From positions 1 through 55,138 of the IMG/VR virus record IMGVR_UViG_3300027861_000039: 55,138 nucleotides of DNA. The stretch is one strand, 5' to 3'. The stretch is from a virus. Its lineage: Duplodnaviria; Caudoviricetes. Under the pieces are notes generated by a model, which made no database searches, was not told the origin of the DNA, and saw nothing but the letters and a program-made list of their open reading frames with translations. This document shows positions 8,817 to 17,137 of this stretch, one piece after another. Position numbers and translations under genes: made by a program. Positions within the stretch are counted from its first letter, which is position 1. Every line of letters starts with the position of its first letter.

Positions 8817-9587
8817 ATGTTTATATATAAGATAACTAACAAAAATAACAATAAAGTTTATATTGGTCAGACTATTTTTAATATAGACGAAAGATTCAAA
8901 CAACACATATACGCTGCCTTAAAAAGAAAAACAAAATCGATCATTTATGCCGCCATCCGCAAATACGGACCAGAAAATTTCACTATAGAAGAAATTGACG
9001 GCGCAAACTCTATGAGTGAACTAAACTATTTGGAAACACACTATATTTACAAATTCAATAGCTTATCTCCAAATGGGTATAATTTGAGCAGTGGTGGTGG
9101 AAATAAACGTACACATCCTGAAACTAAAAAGAAATTATCGTTAGCATTAAAAGGACGTAAAATAAGTCAAAAACATAAGGATATCTTAGTAGATATACAT
9201 TCTATAGAGATACACCAATATGATCTTGAGGGAAATTATATCAGATCATGGAAGTCTGCTATGGATGCTTCTAGATCGTTAAATATAGAAAATTCAGAAA
9301 TCAACAAATGTGGTAAAAAAAGAAGAAAAATGTGTGGCGGTTTTATGTGGCGATACACTAAAGAAGACAAGCTAACTCCTTATAAAAGAGGCGGCGGCGG
9401 CAAAAAAGGACATAAAGGATACAACGCAAAAAAATGTGCTTTAGTTGATAGTTCTGGAAAAATTATTAAAGAATATGAATCAGCCAAATTAGCGGCTATT
9501 AGTAATAGTTGTGATGTAAGTACAGTGTGTAAAATTTGTAATAACAAATTAGAAAAAACCAAAGGTTTAATTTTTAGTTATATCTAG
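8817..9587 (+). CDS. GIY-YIG homing endonuclease (copy 2), antisense to the structural operon
   Basis: FIYKITN..YIGQT..ELNYLE..NGYN; NUMOD3-like segment and two NUMOD1-like repeats (IHQYDLEGNYIRSWKSA). Confidence 0.9.
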   Translation: MFIYKITNKNNNKVYIGQTIFNIDERFKQHIYAALKRKTKSIIYAAIRKYGPENFTIEEIDGANSMSELNYLETHYIYKFNSLSPNGYNLSSGGGNKRTHPETKKKLSLALKGRKISQKHKDILVDIHSIEIHQYDLEGNYIRSWKSAMDASRSLNIENSEINKCGKKRRKMCGGFMWRYTKEDKLTPYKRGGGGKKGHKGYNAKKCALVDSSGKIIKEYESAKLAAISNSCDVSTVCKICNNKLEKTKGLIFSYI

Positions 9588-10344
9588 ATAGTATTTCAGG
9601 TAATATTACTGTGTCGAACTCCTTTTCTGCCCACGCAAAAGCTTTTTCAAATAATTTAACTCCTGTAGCATACTTAGCACTTTCAGGATAAACCCACTTA
9701 CCCTCCTCACGATGTTTTTCTGTAATGATTCTAAAAGTCATCACATCCCTACTAACCTTACCAGTCTTTTCATCTTTTCTTTGGTATATAGCAACACCCT
9801 TAAGAGGTGGGTCTTTATGTTTTTCTTTTAACCTAGCAGAATCTATATTAAACCTATGTAGTAATCCCAACTTAGGGCTTCCGTCTGGGTTGTGCTCTAG
9901 CTTACGATAGTTTACGTTTTCTTTTTTTAAAGCAGCTCTAATTTCATTTGTTAATGCTCGAGCCTTATCTGTTTGCTGTGTAGGATTCTTTGAATGCTCA
10001 AAAGGGATAACAGCATATCTCTTACCGTCCTTCCCAACCTTACTGGATTTGCCGTGAAGCAACTCTTCCATAAAACCAGTCTTACGCCCTTCTTCAGCCC
10101 ATAACATACTAGCGTCTAAAGAGATCACATAAAGATTTTCTTCAAGCTGTTGAAATTGAACGGCGTCTTGATATTGTTGAGATATAGAGTTTAACTCAGT
10201 AGTTGCTAAGTCAAGAGTTTTTTGATGAGTCATTTTAGCAAGCTCACCAACGGCGTCTTGAAGCTCTTTAGCTAGTGACTTTTTAGCTTCACCAAAAGAA
10301 CTTGCTATTTCTTGAACGTCAACGTCAAATCTTAAATCGCTCAT
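9574..10344 (-). CDS. Putative neck/tail completion protein
   Basis: 256 aa; WAEEG..F...RYAVIPF..TFR..W.YP pattern and position in neck cluster. Confidence 0.55.
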   Translation of the reverse strand: MSDLRFDVDVQEIASSFGEAKKSLAKELQDAVGELAKMTHQKTLDLATTELNSISQQYQDAVQFQQLEENLYVISLDASMLWAEEGRKTGFMEELLHGKSSKVGKDGKRYAVIPFEHSKNPTQQTDKARALTNEIRAALKKENVNYRKLEHNPDGSPKLGLLHRFNIDSARLKEKHKDPPLKGVAIYQRKDEKTGKVSRDVMTFRIITEKHREEGKWVYPESAKYATGVKLFEKAFAWAEKEFDTVILPEILSRYN

Positions 10345-10632
10345 CTACTCTTTCCAAGAAGACTCGCCAGGATGGTGTATGTCCTTCTTAGACTGTCTAC
10401 CAGCATGTACTGTGTGGGTTTTATGTTGCTTCATATCTCTCTTATTATAGTTGGTAGAGATTGCGTCTCCATCCCAATCGGCAGACATACCAGACCTACC
10501 AGAGCGCCAAGACACTTTACCAGTAGTCCCATCTTTTACTCTGATCTTGCCATTTTTTACAGCACCAACACCGAGCTGTCTTTTAGGTACATGTTTTGTG
10601 CTTTTCTCAGGAAGACCTTTTTTCTTTTTCAA
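10345..10632 (-). CDS. Basic 95 aa ORF, probable -1 frameshift extension of 10653-12281
   Basis: TTG start with poorly spaced SD; frame is open upstream through the A8G run and reads KKVVRKALPDL. Confidence 0.55.
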   Translation of the reverse strand: MKKKKGLPEKSTKHVPKRQLGVGAVKNGKIRVKDGTTGKVSWRSGRSGMSADWDGDAISTNYNKRDMKQHKTHTVHAGRQSKKDIHHPGESSWKE

Positions 10633-10652
10633 GTCAGGTAAAGCCTTCCTAA

Positions 10653-12281
10653 CTACTTTTTTTTGGTTGATACCTTTTTATCAACGCCCATTTTTCTTTG
10701 AACATCTTCCATAGCAACATCAAGCGGCTTTCTACCGTCAGCCCTTTTTTCATGGAGCGGAGCTTTTTTTCTTTTAGCATAAGATGTATTTCTCTCTCGC
10801 CATGTTTTAGGCTTCTTTTTTACTTTCTTTTTATCGCCTTTAGAAAGAGTTTCACACCCCTTAATAAGATCGCCGTAAAGCTTTACAATTTCAGATTTAC
10901 CAAAAGGTTTCTTTTCTTTGTCCTCATCCTCTTCTTCTTTTTCAGCTTCAGGAGGTAGCTCATCTTCCTCTTCAGGAATTTCATCTGGAGTTTCAGGAGG
11001 TAGCCCATCTTCTTCAGGAGCGGCTTCTTCAAACTCTTCCCCATCTTCCATTTGAGCTTCTTCAGCTCCTGGTAGGTCGTCCATAGACTCTTGCCCCATA
11101 ACGTCTTGCTCGGGGTTCATATTAAGTTTCTTAGCCATTTCAATCATAGATCGTAGCATTAGAATAGTAGCTTCATAAAGTTTAGGATTTTCAGTCTTAG
11201 CCTGTTCTAGCATTGGTTTGTTTTCTTTAAAAGTCATTAGAGAGGCTGCTATATCTTGACGTAGCTCTTCAGTATCTCCCTCTTCGCCTTCTGGAGATTC
11301 TTCCTCACCCATGTTAGCGTGAATCATATCTGTAAGAGCAGACTCACCCTCTTCGCCTTCCATAGGTATTTCTTCACCCTCTTCACCAGGCATCATTTCT
11401 TCTTCGCCTTCCATACCTTCTGGAGCCATTTCTCCTTCATCTTCCATAGGCATAGCGTCTATATCGCCGTCGCCGTCAATATCTGTACCAACAACGTCGT
11501 CAAGCTTATCTTCAGGATTAACGTCTAAATCACTCTCGCCCAGCTCTCCTTCTTCAAATAAACTTTCATCTTCTTCGCCATACTCTTGACCTGGAATAGC
11601 TTCGTCTGTTTCTTCACCAACAGTTTCACCTTCCATAGGCATTTCTTCGCCTTCAGGAATTTCTTCTTGATATTCAATATCGTCGTTAGAGTCTCCAATT
11701 TCACTGTCAGGCAATTCTTCAGAAGTCTCTTCACCAAACTCACCAACAGCTCCGTTATCAACAGCGCCTTCAGGCATTTCTTCACCAGCAAACTCTTCTT
11801 CACCAGGCATTTCTTCAGAATACTCTTCTTCAGGAGCTTCTTCACCCATCTCTTCATTTTCGGCGTACTCCTCTTCCATTCCACCGTCTTGGGATGCAAT
11901 GTAGTCGTCAATATGTGGGTCGTACTCTACGATTTGATCTTTGTCATTCATCTTGCCGTAAATTAAAGCTTTACTGGCTTCAGACATACTATCACCCATA
12001 CCGATAGTAAGGGTTGTACCTGCCGATTCAGAGTATTGATTCTTTAAATTTTCAATGGTAGCTTCGTCAAAAGAATCTGCAGGAACTTTATAAATCCCTT
12101 CATCTCCTGAAGATGTTACTATTTCACCACCTACGGACTGTACCCATTCTTCGATAGCTCCGTGGGCGTCTTTTAGACCGCCTGTCAGTTTGGAAAGTTC
12201 TTCATGGTTATCACTAGCAATAGCAGAACCAATACTATCTCCAACATTATCACCATTAATAGCCAAATATTTAAAATTCAT
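10653..12281 (-). CDS. mCpol/GGDEF-like palm domain fused to long acidic region
   Basis: N-terminal ~125 aa YLAINGDNVG..GGEIVTSSGDEG..TLTIGMG..EASKALIYGKMNDKDQI fits the mCpol pattern; ~300 aa E-rich; FGKSE and LSKG motifs. Confidence 0.7.
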   Translation of the reverse strand: MNFKYLAINGDNVGDSIGSAIASDNHEELSKLTGGLKDAHGAIEEWVQSVGGEIVTSSGDEGIYKVPADSFDEATIENLKNQYSESAGTTLTIGMGDSMSEASKALIYGKMNDKDQIVEYDPHIDDYIASQDGGMEEEYAENEEMGEEAPEEEYSEEMPGEEEFAGEEMPEGAVDNGAVGEFGEETSEELPDSEIGDSNDDIEYQEEIPEGEEMPMEGETVGEETDEAIPGQEYGEEDESLFEEGELGESDLDVNPEDKLDDVVGTDIDGDGDIDAMPMEDEGEMAPEGMEGEEEMMPGEEGEEIPMEGEEGESALTDMIHANMGEEESPEGEEGDTEELRQDIAASLMTFKENKPMLEQAKTENPKLYEATILMLRSMIEMAKKLNMNPEQDVMGQESMDDLPGAEEAQMEDGEEFEEAAPEEDGLPPETPDEIPEEEDELPPEAEKEEEDEDKEKKPFGKSEIVKLYGDLIKGCETLSKGDKKKVKKKPKTWRERNTSYAKRKKAPLHEKRADGRKPLDVAMEDVQRKMGVDKKVSTKKK

Positions 12282-12290
12282 TATGTACTC

Positions 12291-13235
12291 CTATTTATTT
12301 GATTTTATTGCGTCTAAAAGCATAACTACATTATCTGTATCAAAAGATTTTGGAAACTTTAAGTTAAACCTACCATCCTCTGCTTTTTTTATTTTAATTT
12401 CTTTATTGTGAAACTGTCCAAAACACACGCAAAGCTTAAAATGGTTCTCACCTTTATAGAGCATGGTTTCACAGTCTGGGCAGTTAATTTCTTCGCCCTT
12501 ATCAAGCTCTACGCTTTCCTGTCTTTTCTTTTCTTTACTATCTAAAAACTCTCTAAGTTTACTTTTTTTACTAGTAGTGTTCATAACATCTTCCTCAGAA
12601 TCATCCATTACCTCTACGCTATCTTCTTCATCGGAATGCAAAGGCTCTTCTTCAAAGTCCTCTTCACACTCTTCATCTTCATCTTCATCTTCATCTTCAT
12701 ATTCAAATCTTTCAGATAGTCTTTCATTAATCAATTGTTGAATAGCATCTCTTTCAGTGATTCTCTGATCAACAACACCTCTAATAAGGGTGTGGAGCTT
12801 TAGCCTTTCATCGACAATAGCCTGTAGCTTATCAGAGTTATCGGGCTGCTCTTGTGACAAATCACTAACGTTGTACAGTTCAAAGGTAGACATTAGTATT
12901 AAACCAATCCCTGGTAGTGATCTAAACTTAAATTCGGTAATTCTCTTACCTTCAGATACAACGTCACCATTGTAAACGTCGTTTGATATTTTATTAACGT
13001 GTAAGGTAGCGTTTGCAAAAGGTAAGGGCAGTTCTAATACGCCGCCGCTATGAAGAGGTTTTAGGTTTGCTATTAAAAACCCCAATACGGCTCTTGGTAC
13101 TATTTGCAAGGCTATTTTAATTTCAGCAGGGTCTAGTGTTGTGGTGCCGCCTAGCTTGATCAATTCATTTTTCTCAAGCACTTCAAAAATATCCTCACCC
13201 AAAATGTTTTTAACTATTTGGATGCTTTTGTTCAT
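12291..13235 (-). CDS. Hypothetical protein with acidic linker and C-terminal Cys cluster
   Basis: CPDC..CVC; MNKS, LEKN, LDKGE, IKKAE motifs. Confidence 0.65.
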   Translation of the reverse strand: MNKSIQIVKNILGEDIFEVLEKNELIKLGGTTTLDPAEIKIALQIVPRAVLGFLIANLKPLHSGGVLELPLPFANATLHVNKISNDVYNGDVVSEGKRITEFKFRSLPGIGLILMSTFELYNVSDLSQEQPDNSDKLQAIVDERLKLHTLIRGVVDQRITERDAIQQLINERLSERFEYEDEDEDEDEECEEDFEEEPLHSDEEDSVEVMDDSEEDVMNTTSKKSKLREFLDSKEKKRQESVELDKGEEINCPDCETMLYKGENHFKLCVCFGQFHNKEIKIKKAEDGRFNLKFPKSFDTDNVVMLLDAIKSNK

Positions 13236-13951
13236 TATTCCGTCTTTCTGTAAGTAGTCTCATCTAGTACTGTAAAACCACCAACTGTAATAGCGTTGTG
13301 ATATTTACCTACGCAAACAATCTGTCCAGTTGCTATTGGAATACCTGTAATGGTTTTATCCGCTACCTTAGTCCACTCATCAGCGTCGAAGGCGTGAGCG
13401 TCAGTTATATGTTGATTTGCAACGTAAACAAAAGTGGTGTTTGTTCTAACTTCACCCATACGAAACGTATCACTTGCACTGTGAGCTTTACCTACGCAAT
13501 CTACGCCATAAGTTGTAGAACTATCAACGCCTGTTGCTAACACTATATCGACGGTTGGAACTTGAGTTCCGTCGCCAGATGTTAGGGTGACTGTATTTGT
13601 TGGGTTAGCGCCGTTCCAAGTAGCAATAAGATCATCAACATCATCAATGCTATCTGCAGTAAGGGTTATATTACCAGCAGTACCGGCAAAGTCTGCAGTA
13701 ACAGTAACGTCTGTAGTTAGACCGGCAACTTGACCTGGACCGAAAATTCCTAAAGTTGACCCAACGATTTTAATGTAAGAACCGAAAGATACCTGTTCAT
13801 TAGGCGTATATAGAGCCTTAATAACAGGCTCTACAGTAATCCCTTTTTGTGAGCCGGAGGCGTCATTATATATCGCATTTTGGATATAATCCATATCCCA
13901 AGTCATGCTGAACACTCGTTGGATTATGTTTTTAATTTTTTTAATCGCCAT
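13235..13951 (-). CDS. Putative virion structural protein
   Basis: Thr/Val/Gly-rich; late motif and AGGAG upstream. Confidence 0.6.
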   Translation of the reverse strand: MAIKKIKNIIQRVFSMTWDMDYIQNAIYNDASGSQKGITVEPVIKALYTPNEQVSFGSYIKIVGSTLGIFGPGQVAGLTTDVTVTADFAGTAGNITLTADSIDDVDDLIATWNGANPTNTVTLTSGDGTQVPTVDIVLATGVDSSTTYGVDCVGKAHSASDTFRMGEVRTNTTFVYVANQHITDAHAFDADEWTKVADKTITGIPIATGQIVCVGKYHNAITVGGFTVLDETTYRKTE

Positions 13952-13966
13952 TATTTCTCCTATTAT

Positions 13967-14578
13967 TTAAAGATTGTTTTTATATCTAAAGATGTATTTT
14001 ACACACCTTTTGGTGTTTTTAAGATATTGAGGCATATTACCCTTAGACATATTGATATGATTAGCACAATCCGTCATGTTAATACCTTCCCATATTAATT
14101 TGTTACTATTTCGATCTATAACTTGAAAAAACTTACCACCATGATTTATTGAGGAGTTTTCTCTGTTTTTACTGTTTAACCATCTTTTTTGCATAGACTT
14201 TTTATGTTTATTCAAAAGCGAGATATTAGCAAACCTTTTCTTTTGAGCTTTTGATTGTGATTTTTTCATTTTTTCGATAGAGTCTTTGTGCCATTTTCCT
14301 CTCGAACCACCACCCTCTCTTATGTTATATCCATTGGGAGCTAAGCTATTGAATTTATGTATTAAAAGCCATTCTTTATAGTTTAATTCACTTAAACTAT
14401 TTGCACCGTCAATTTCTTCTATAGTGAAATTTTCTGGTCCGTATTTTTGGATGGCTGATTTTAAAGCTGTACATGAATTAGAACTACAATGTACAGACCA
14501 TCTTTTTTTAATGTCCTTTATGGTTTGACCGATATACGTCTTATCATTAATTTTGTTGGTTATTTTATATATAAACAT
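13967..14578 (-). CDS. GIY-YIG homing endonuclease (copy 3)
   Basis: FIYKITN..YIGQT..KYGPENFTIEEIDGANS..NGYN. Confidence 0.9.
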   Translation of the reverse strand: MFIYKITNKINDKTYIGQTIKDIKKRWSVHCSSNSCTALKSAIQKYGPENFTIEEIDGANSLSELNYKEWLLIHKFNSLAPNGYNIREGGGSRGKWHKDSIEKMKKSQSKAQKKRFANISLLNKHKKSMQKRWLNSKNRENSSINHGGKFFQVIDRNSNKLIWEGINMTDCANHINMSKGNMPQYLKNTKRCVKYIFRYKNNL

Positions 14579-14580
14579 AA

Positions 14581-15510
14581 TTATTCAAAATTCTTTACAT
14601 CGACCTTTACTTTAAACTTATTAGGGTCTATTGGTTGGTCCGGCGCTGGAACAGTCCTGTTGGTTTCATTGTCTTTGTCTGAATTTTGACTGTCTCCTCT
14701 CACACGTTGGTGATAAACATACTCTCTTTGAATGACGGCTTGATAAGGTAGTCTACTTTCTTTTCTAATACCGTTCTCAGTCGTTTGGCTGATTCTAAGC
14801 TCATTAACTATTTGAGCAATATACCAGTGAGCTTCATACCTATACCTAACAGAATAAACACGACCTTTACCAGTATCTGTATCTATGCCAGGATTCTTTT
14901 TTCCATCAATCCATCTAATATTTCCAGCGTTTACTTTTCCTCTAGTTATTCTAAAGTGAACGCCTTCTTTATACATAACACCTTGAGAGTCCATAAGACT
15001 TTCAACGCAAGTTACTGGAAACTGTAAATAATCATCCCCATTTGGATTGTAATTTACTCTTTGATAGTTAACTACGTCTTTTTCTTTTTTATCAACATTT
15101 TTTAAAAATATTCTATCGCCAGGACATAGGTGTATTCTTTCTCCGGCTTCTTCGTCAGAGTCTTCATTGTAAAATCTAGGCAATGTAAGTCTACCTTCTG
15201 ATATGTCGATTAGACCGCCATCGCCAGCTTTTTTACTTTTACTGTTACCCAATATTGTAGCGTTAAACTCTCCACACTTTGTATAAATAAAGCCGTTCTC
15301 ACTTAAAGTATCCAAAGCGTCGCTTCTTCTATATTCTCCACGATCTTTCAATCCAATTGGAGATGGCATGGCTCTATAGTGAACAAAACATGGACCGTAG
15401 GCTGTGACGAATTGATCTTGCTTGTCTAAGTTAAACGAAAGCTGATCTAAATCCATCGGTGATTTAGGTAGGGTGGTTGACTGTTTTCCTTTAGCGTCTT
15501 TTTTACCCAT
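14581..15510 (-). CDS. Putative head-tail joining/neck protein
   Basis: 309 aa; GDRI.L, YSVRYRY...W, LP.QA..RE pattern reminiscent of SPO1-like neck proteins; position. Confidence 0.5.
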   Translation of the reverse strand: MGKKDAKGKQSTTLPKSPMDLDQLSFNLDKQDQFVTAYGPCFVHYRAMPSPIGLKDRGEYRRSDALDTLSENGFIYTKCGEFNATILGNSKSKKAGDGGLIDISEGRLTLPRFYNEDSDEEAGERIHLCPGDRIFLKNVDKKEKDVVNYQRVNYNPNGDDYLQFPVTCVESLMDSQGVMYKEGVHFRITRGKVNAGNIRWIDGKKNPGIDTDTGKGRVYSVRYRYEAHWYIAQIVNELRISQTTENGIRKESRLPYQAVIQREYVYHQRVRGDSQNSDKDNETNRTVPAPDQPIDPNKFKVKVDVKNFE

Positions 15511-15706
15511 TTCCGATTCTCACCATATCCAGAATAGTTCTTCTCATCATTGCCTTTACATTTCTCAGCTCCGGCATACCATTCATTTCAATTATCTGCA
15601 GACACTTAACTAAAGCTGTATAGCTTGCTTGAGCGTCTAAATTTCTTTGCATCTTTGCATCAATCCCATCTTTTATTACTTTGCTGAGATCAACTACGTT
15701 ATCCAT
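15503..15706 (-). CDS. Hypothetical protein
   Basis: 67 aa, overlaps both neighbours. Confidence 0.6.
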   Translation of the reverse strand: MDNVVDLSKVIKDGIDAKMQRNLDAQASYTALVKCLQIIEMNGMPELRNVKAMMRRTILDMVRIGNG

Positions 15707-16227
15707 TATTTCTTTACTGTAGTTAAGTTTAATTCTTTCATTTTACTAGACATTGCTTTAGATAGTGCCTGAGACACAAACATGTTAGGAGATATACTTT
15801 CTCTGAAAGAAGAGTCTTTTATATGTAAATCAGTACCGGCGTATTCAGTCTCTATTTTGGCAAGCTCGATGTTATTCTTACAAAGAACAAAGTCTAGGTG
15901 ATTAAGTTTACTCATAACGTAAAGCTCTATACCTGCATTCTTAGCCATGTCTGGTAGCTGACCAGTCCTATCCTCTACGGAAGGAAGAGCCTCTGCCTCA
16001 GACTTGTATATTGCCGGCTCAAAGTCAGCGCCGTGTATTTTTTCTATTTGATAAGTTACTAAACCAATATGACTACCGGCGGCTAGAGCTTCAGCCTTGT
16101 TGCTGTTGCGCTCTTTTTTGCCCATAGCTACGTTGAAGCCGCCTTTTAACTGGACAACTTTTACGTCGTCACCAAAAAGCTTACCTACAACCTTAACCTC
16201 TTGAACTTCTTCAGGTTTGATATTCAT
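15706..16227 (-). CDS. Hypothetical late protein
   Basis: 173 aa, AGGAG SD, late motif 16244-16252, internal IYKSE. Confidence 0.7.
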   Translation of the reverse strand: MNIKPEEVQEVKVVGKLFGDDVKVVQLKGGFNVAMGKKERNSNKAEALAAGSHIGLVTYQIEKIHGADFEPAIYKSEAEALPSVEDRTGQLPDMAKNAGIELYVMSKLNHLDFVLCKNNIELAKIETEYAGTDLHIKDSSFRESISPNMFVSQALSKAMSSKMKELNLTTVKK

Positions 16228-16277
16228 TCGATACTCCTTGGCTTAAAGATTGCTATTTTAAAGCAACTTCCTGCTAT

Positions 16278-16496
16278 CTAGCGCCAAGGTTTGTAAGTGG
16301 TTAGTTTTTCTACTCTTGTGACTTTTTCTTTTTGATATATAACCAGTAGCTGATCATATGTTTTTAGTTCGATTTTTTTTAGGAAGGGTCTCAGCTCTTG
16401 TTTTTCAAGCTCCAAGTCTATGATAATACTAGCTAAATCATCCCACGTCATTTCAGAAGCCACAATTCTGTGGTTTTGCTGAGTTCTTCTATCCAT
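16278..16496 (-). CDS. Hypothetical protein
   Basis: 72 aa, TAATG-coupled to upstream gene. Confidence 0.6.
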   Translation of the reverse strand: MDRRTQQNHRIVASEMTWDDLASIIIDLELEKQELRPFLKKIELKTYDQLLVIYQKEKVTRVEKLTTYKPWR

Positions 16497-17095
16497 TAAA
16501 GATACCTTTCAACCATTTTTTTGTAGACTTGACAGGTATCTCTTTTAGTAGTACCTCTAGAGCCGCAGTTATATCTCAAATACCAGTCGTTATCTCTAGC
16601 TTCATATCTTTTCATGAAGCCAGCCAAAACTTTAGCGCCAGCCTCTACTGAATACTCGAGATCGCTAGTTAGTTTTTCTATATCAAATTTAAATCTTTTC
16701 GCTGTTTTGTAGTAAACTTGAGATATTCCAAAGTCAGTACAGACTTCGATCTCTTCTTTTATGGCGGCGTTGAGTTGTTTTACAGTCATACCTCTTTTTA
16801 ACTCTACATCAAAAAAGTATTGTATTTCTTCGTCAGTTCTTTTTCTAATTCCAGTATGGCAACCTTTGGCTTTAAGGCTGTATCCGCTCTCCTGCATTAG
16901 AATTGCTGTGAAGATACGGCTTGGAATATGATACTTAACGTGCATATTGTGAATGATATCGGATAGTTGCATAGCGTATGTTTTAGCTATACGAGATTTG
17001 TTCTTAAGTATTTGGCAATATATAGGGTGTTTTTCGCAGTCAGCGCCGTAAGTGACAGAGCTAAATAAAAATATTAATAATAATAGCTTTTTCAT
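16496..17095 (-). CDS. Lytic transglycosylase (SLT-like) with signal peptide
   Basis: MKKLLLLIFLFSSVTYGA; AILMQESGY (catalytic E), FGISQV, RYNCG. Confidence 0.8.
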   Translation of the reverse strand: MKKLLLLIFLFSSVTYGADCEKHPIYCQILKNKSRIAKTYAMQLSDIIHNMHVKYHIPSRIFTAILMQESGYSLKAKGCHTGIRKRTDEEIQYFFDVELKRGMTVKQLNAAIKEEIEVCTDFGISQVYYKTAKRFKFDIEKLTSDLEYSVEAGAKVLAGFMKRYEARDNDWYLRYNCGSRGTTKRDTCQVYKKMVERYL

Positions 17096-17111
17096 AACAT
17101 TCTCCTACTAC

Positions 17112-17121
17112 TATAATACCA
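17112..17121 (-). promoter_or_regulatory. TGGTATTATA extended -10-like promoter
   Basis: Also at 24205(-), 26215, 32148, 34863, 48742, 55122 and variant 54063 (+); intergenic and upstream of starts. Confidence 0.75.
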
Positions 17122-17137
17122 TAATTACGAGCTTTGT

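Noticed and set aside
12670-12699. (TCTTCA)5 microsatellite
   Set aside because: In-frame Glu-Asp codons of an acidic linker; length change would not shift frame
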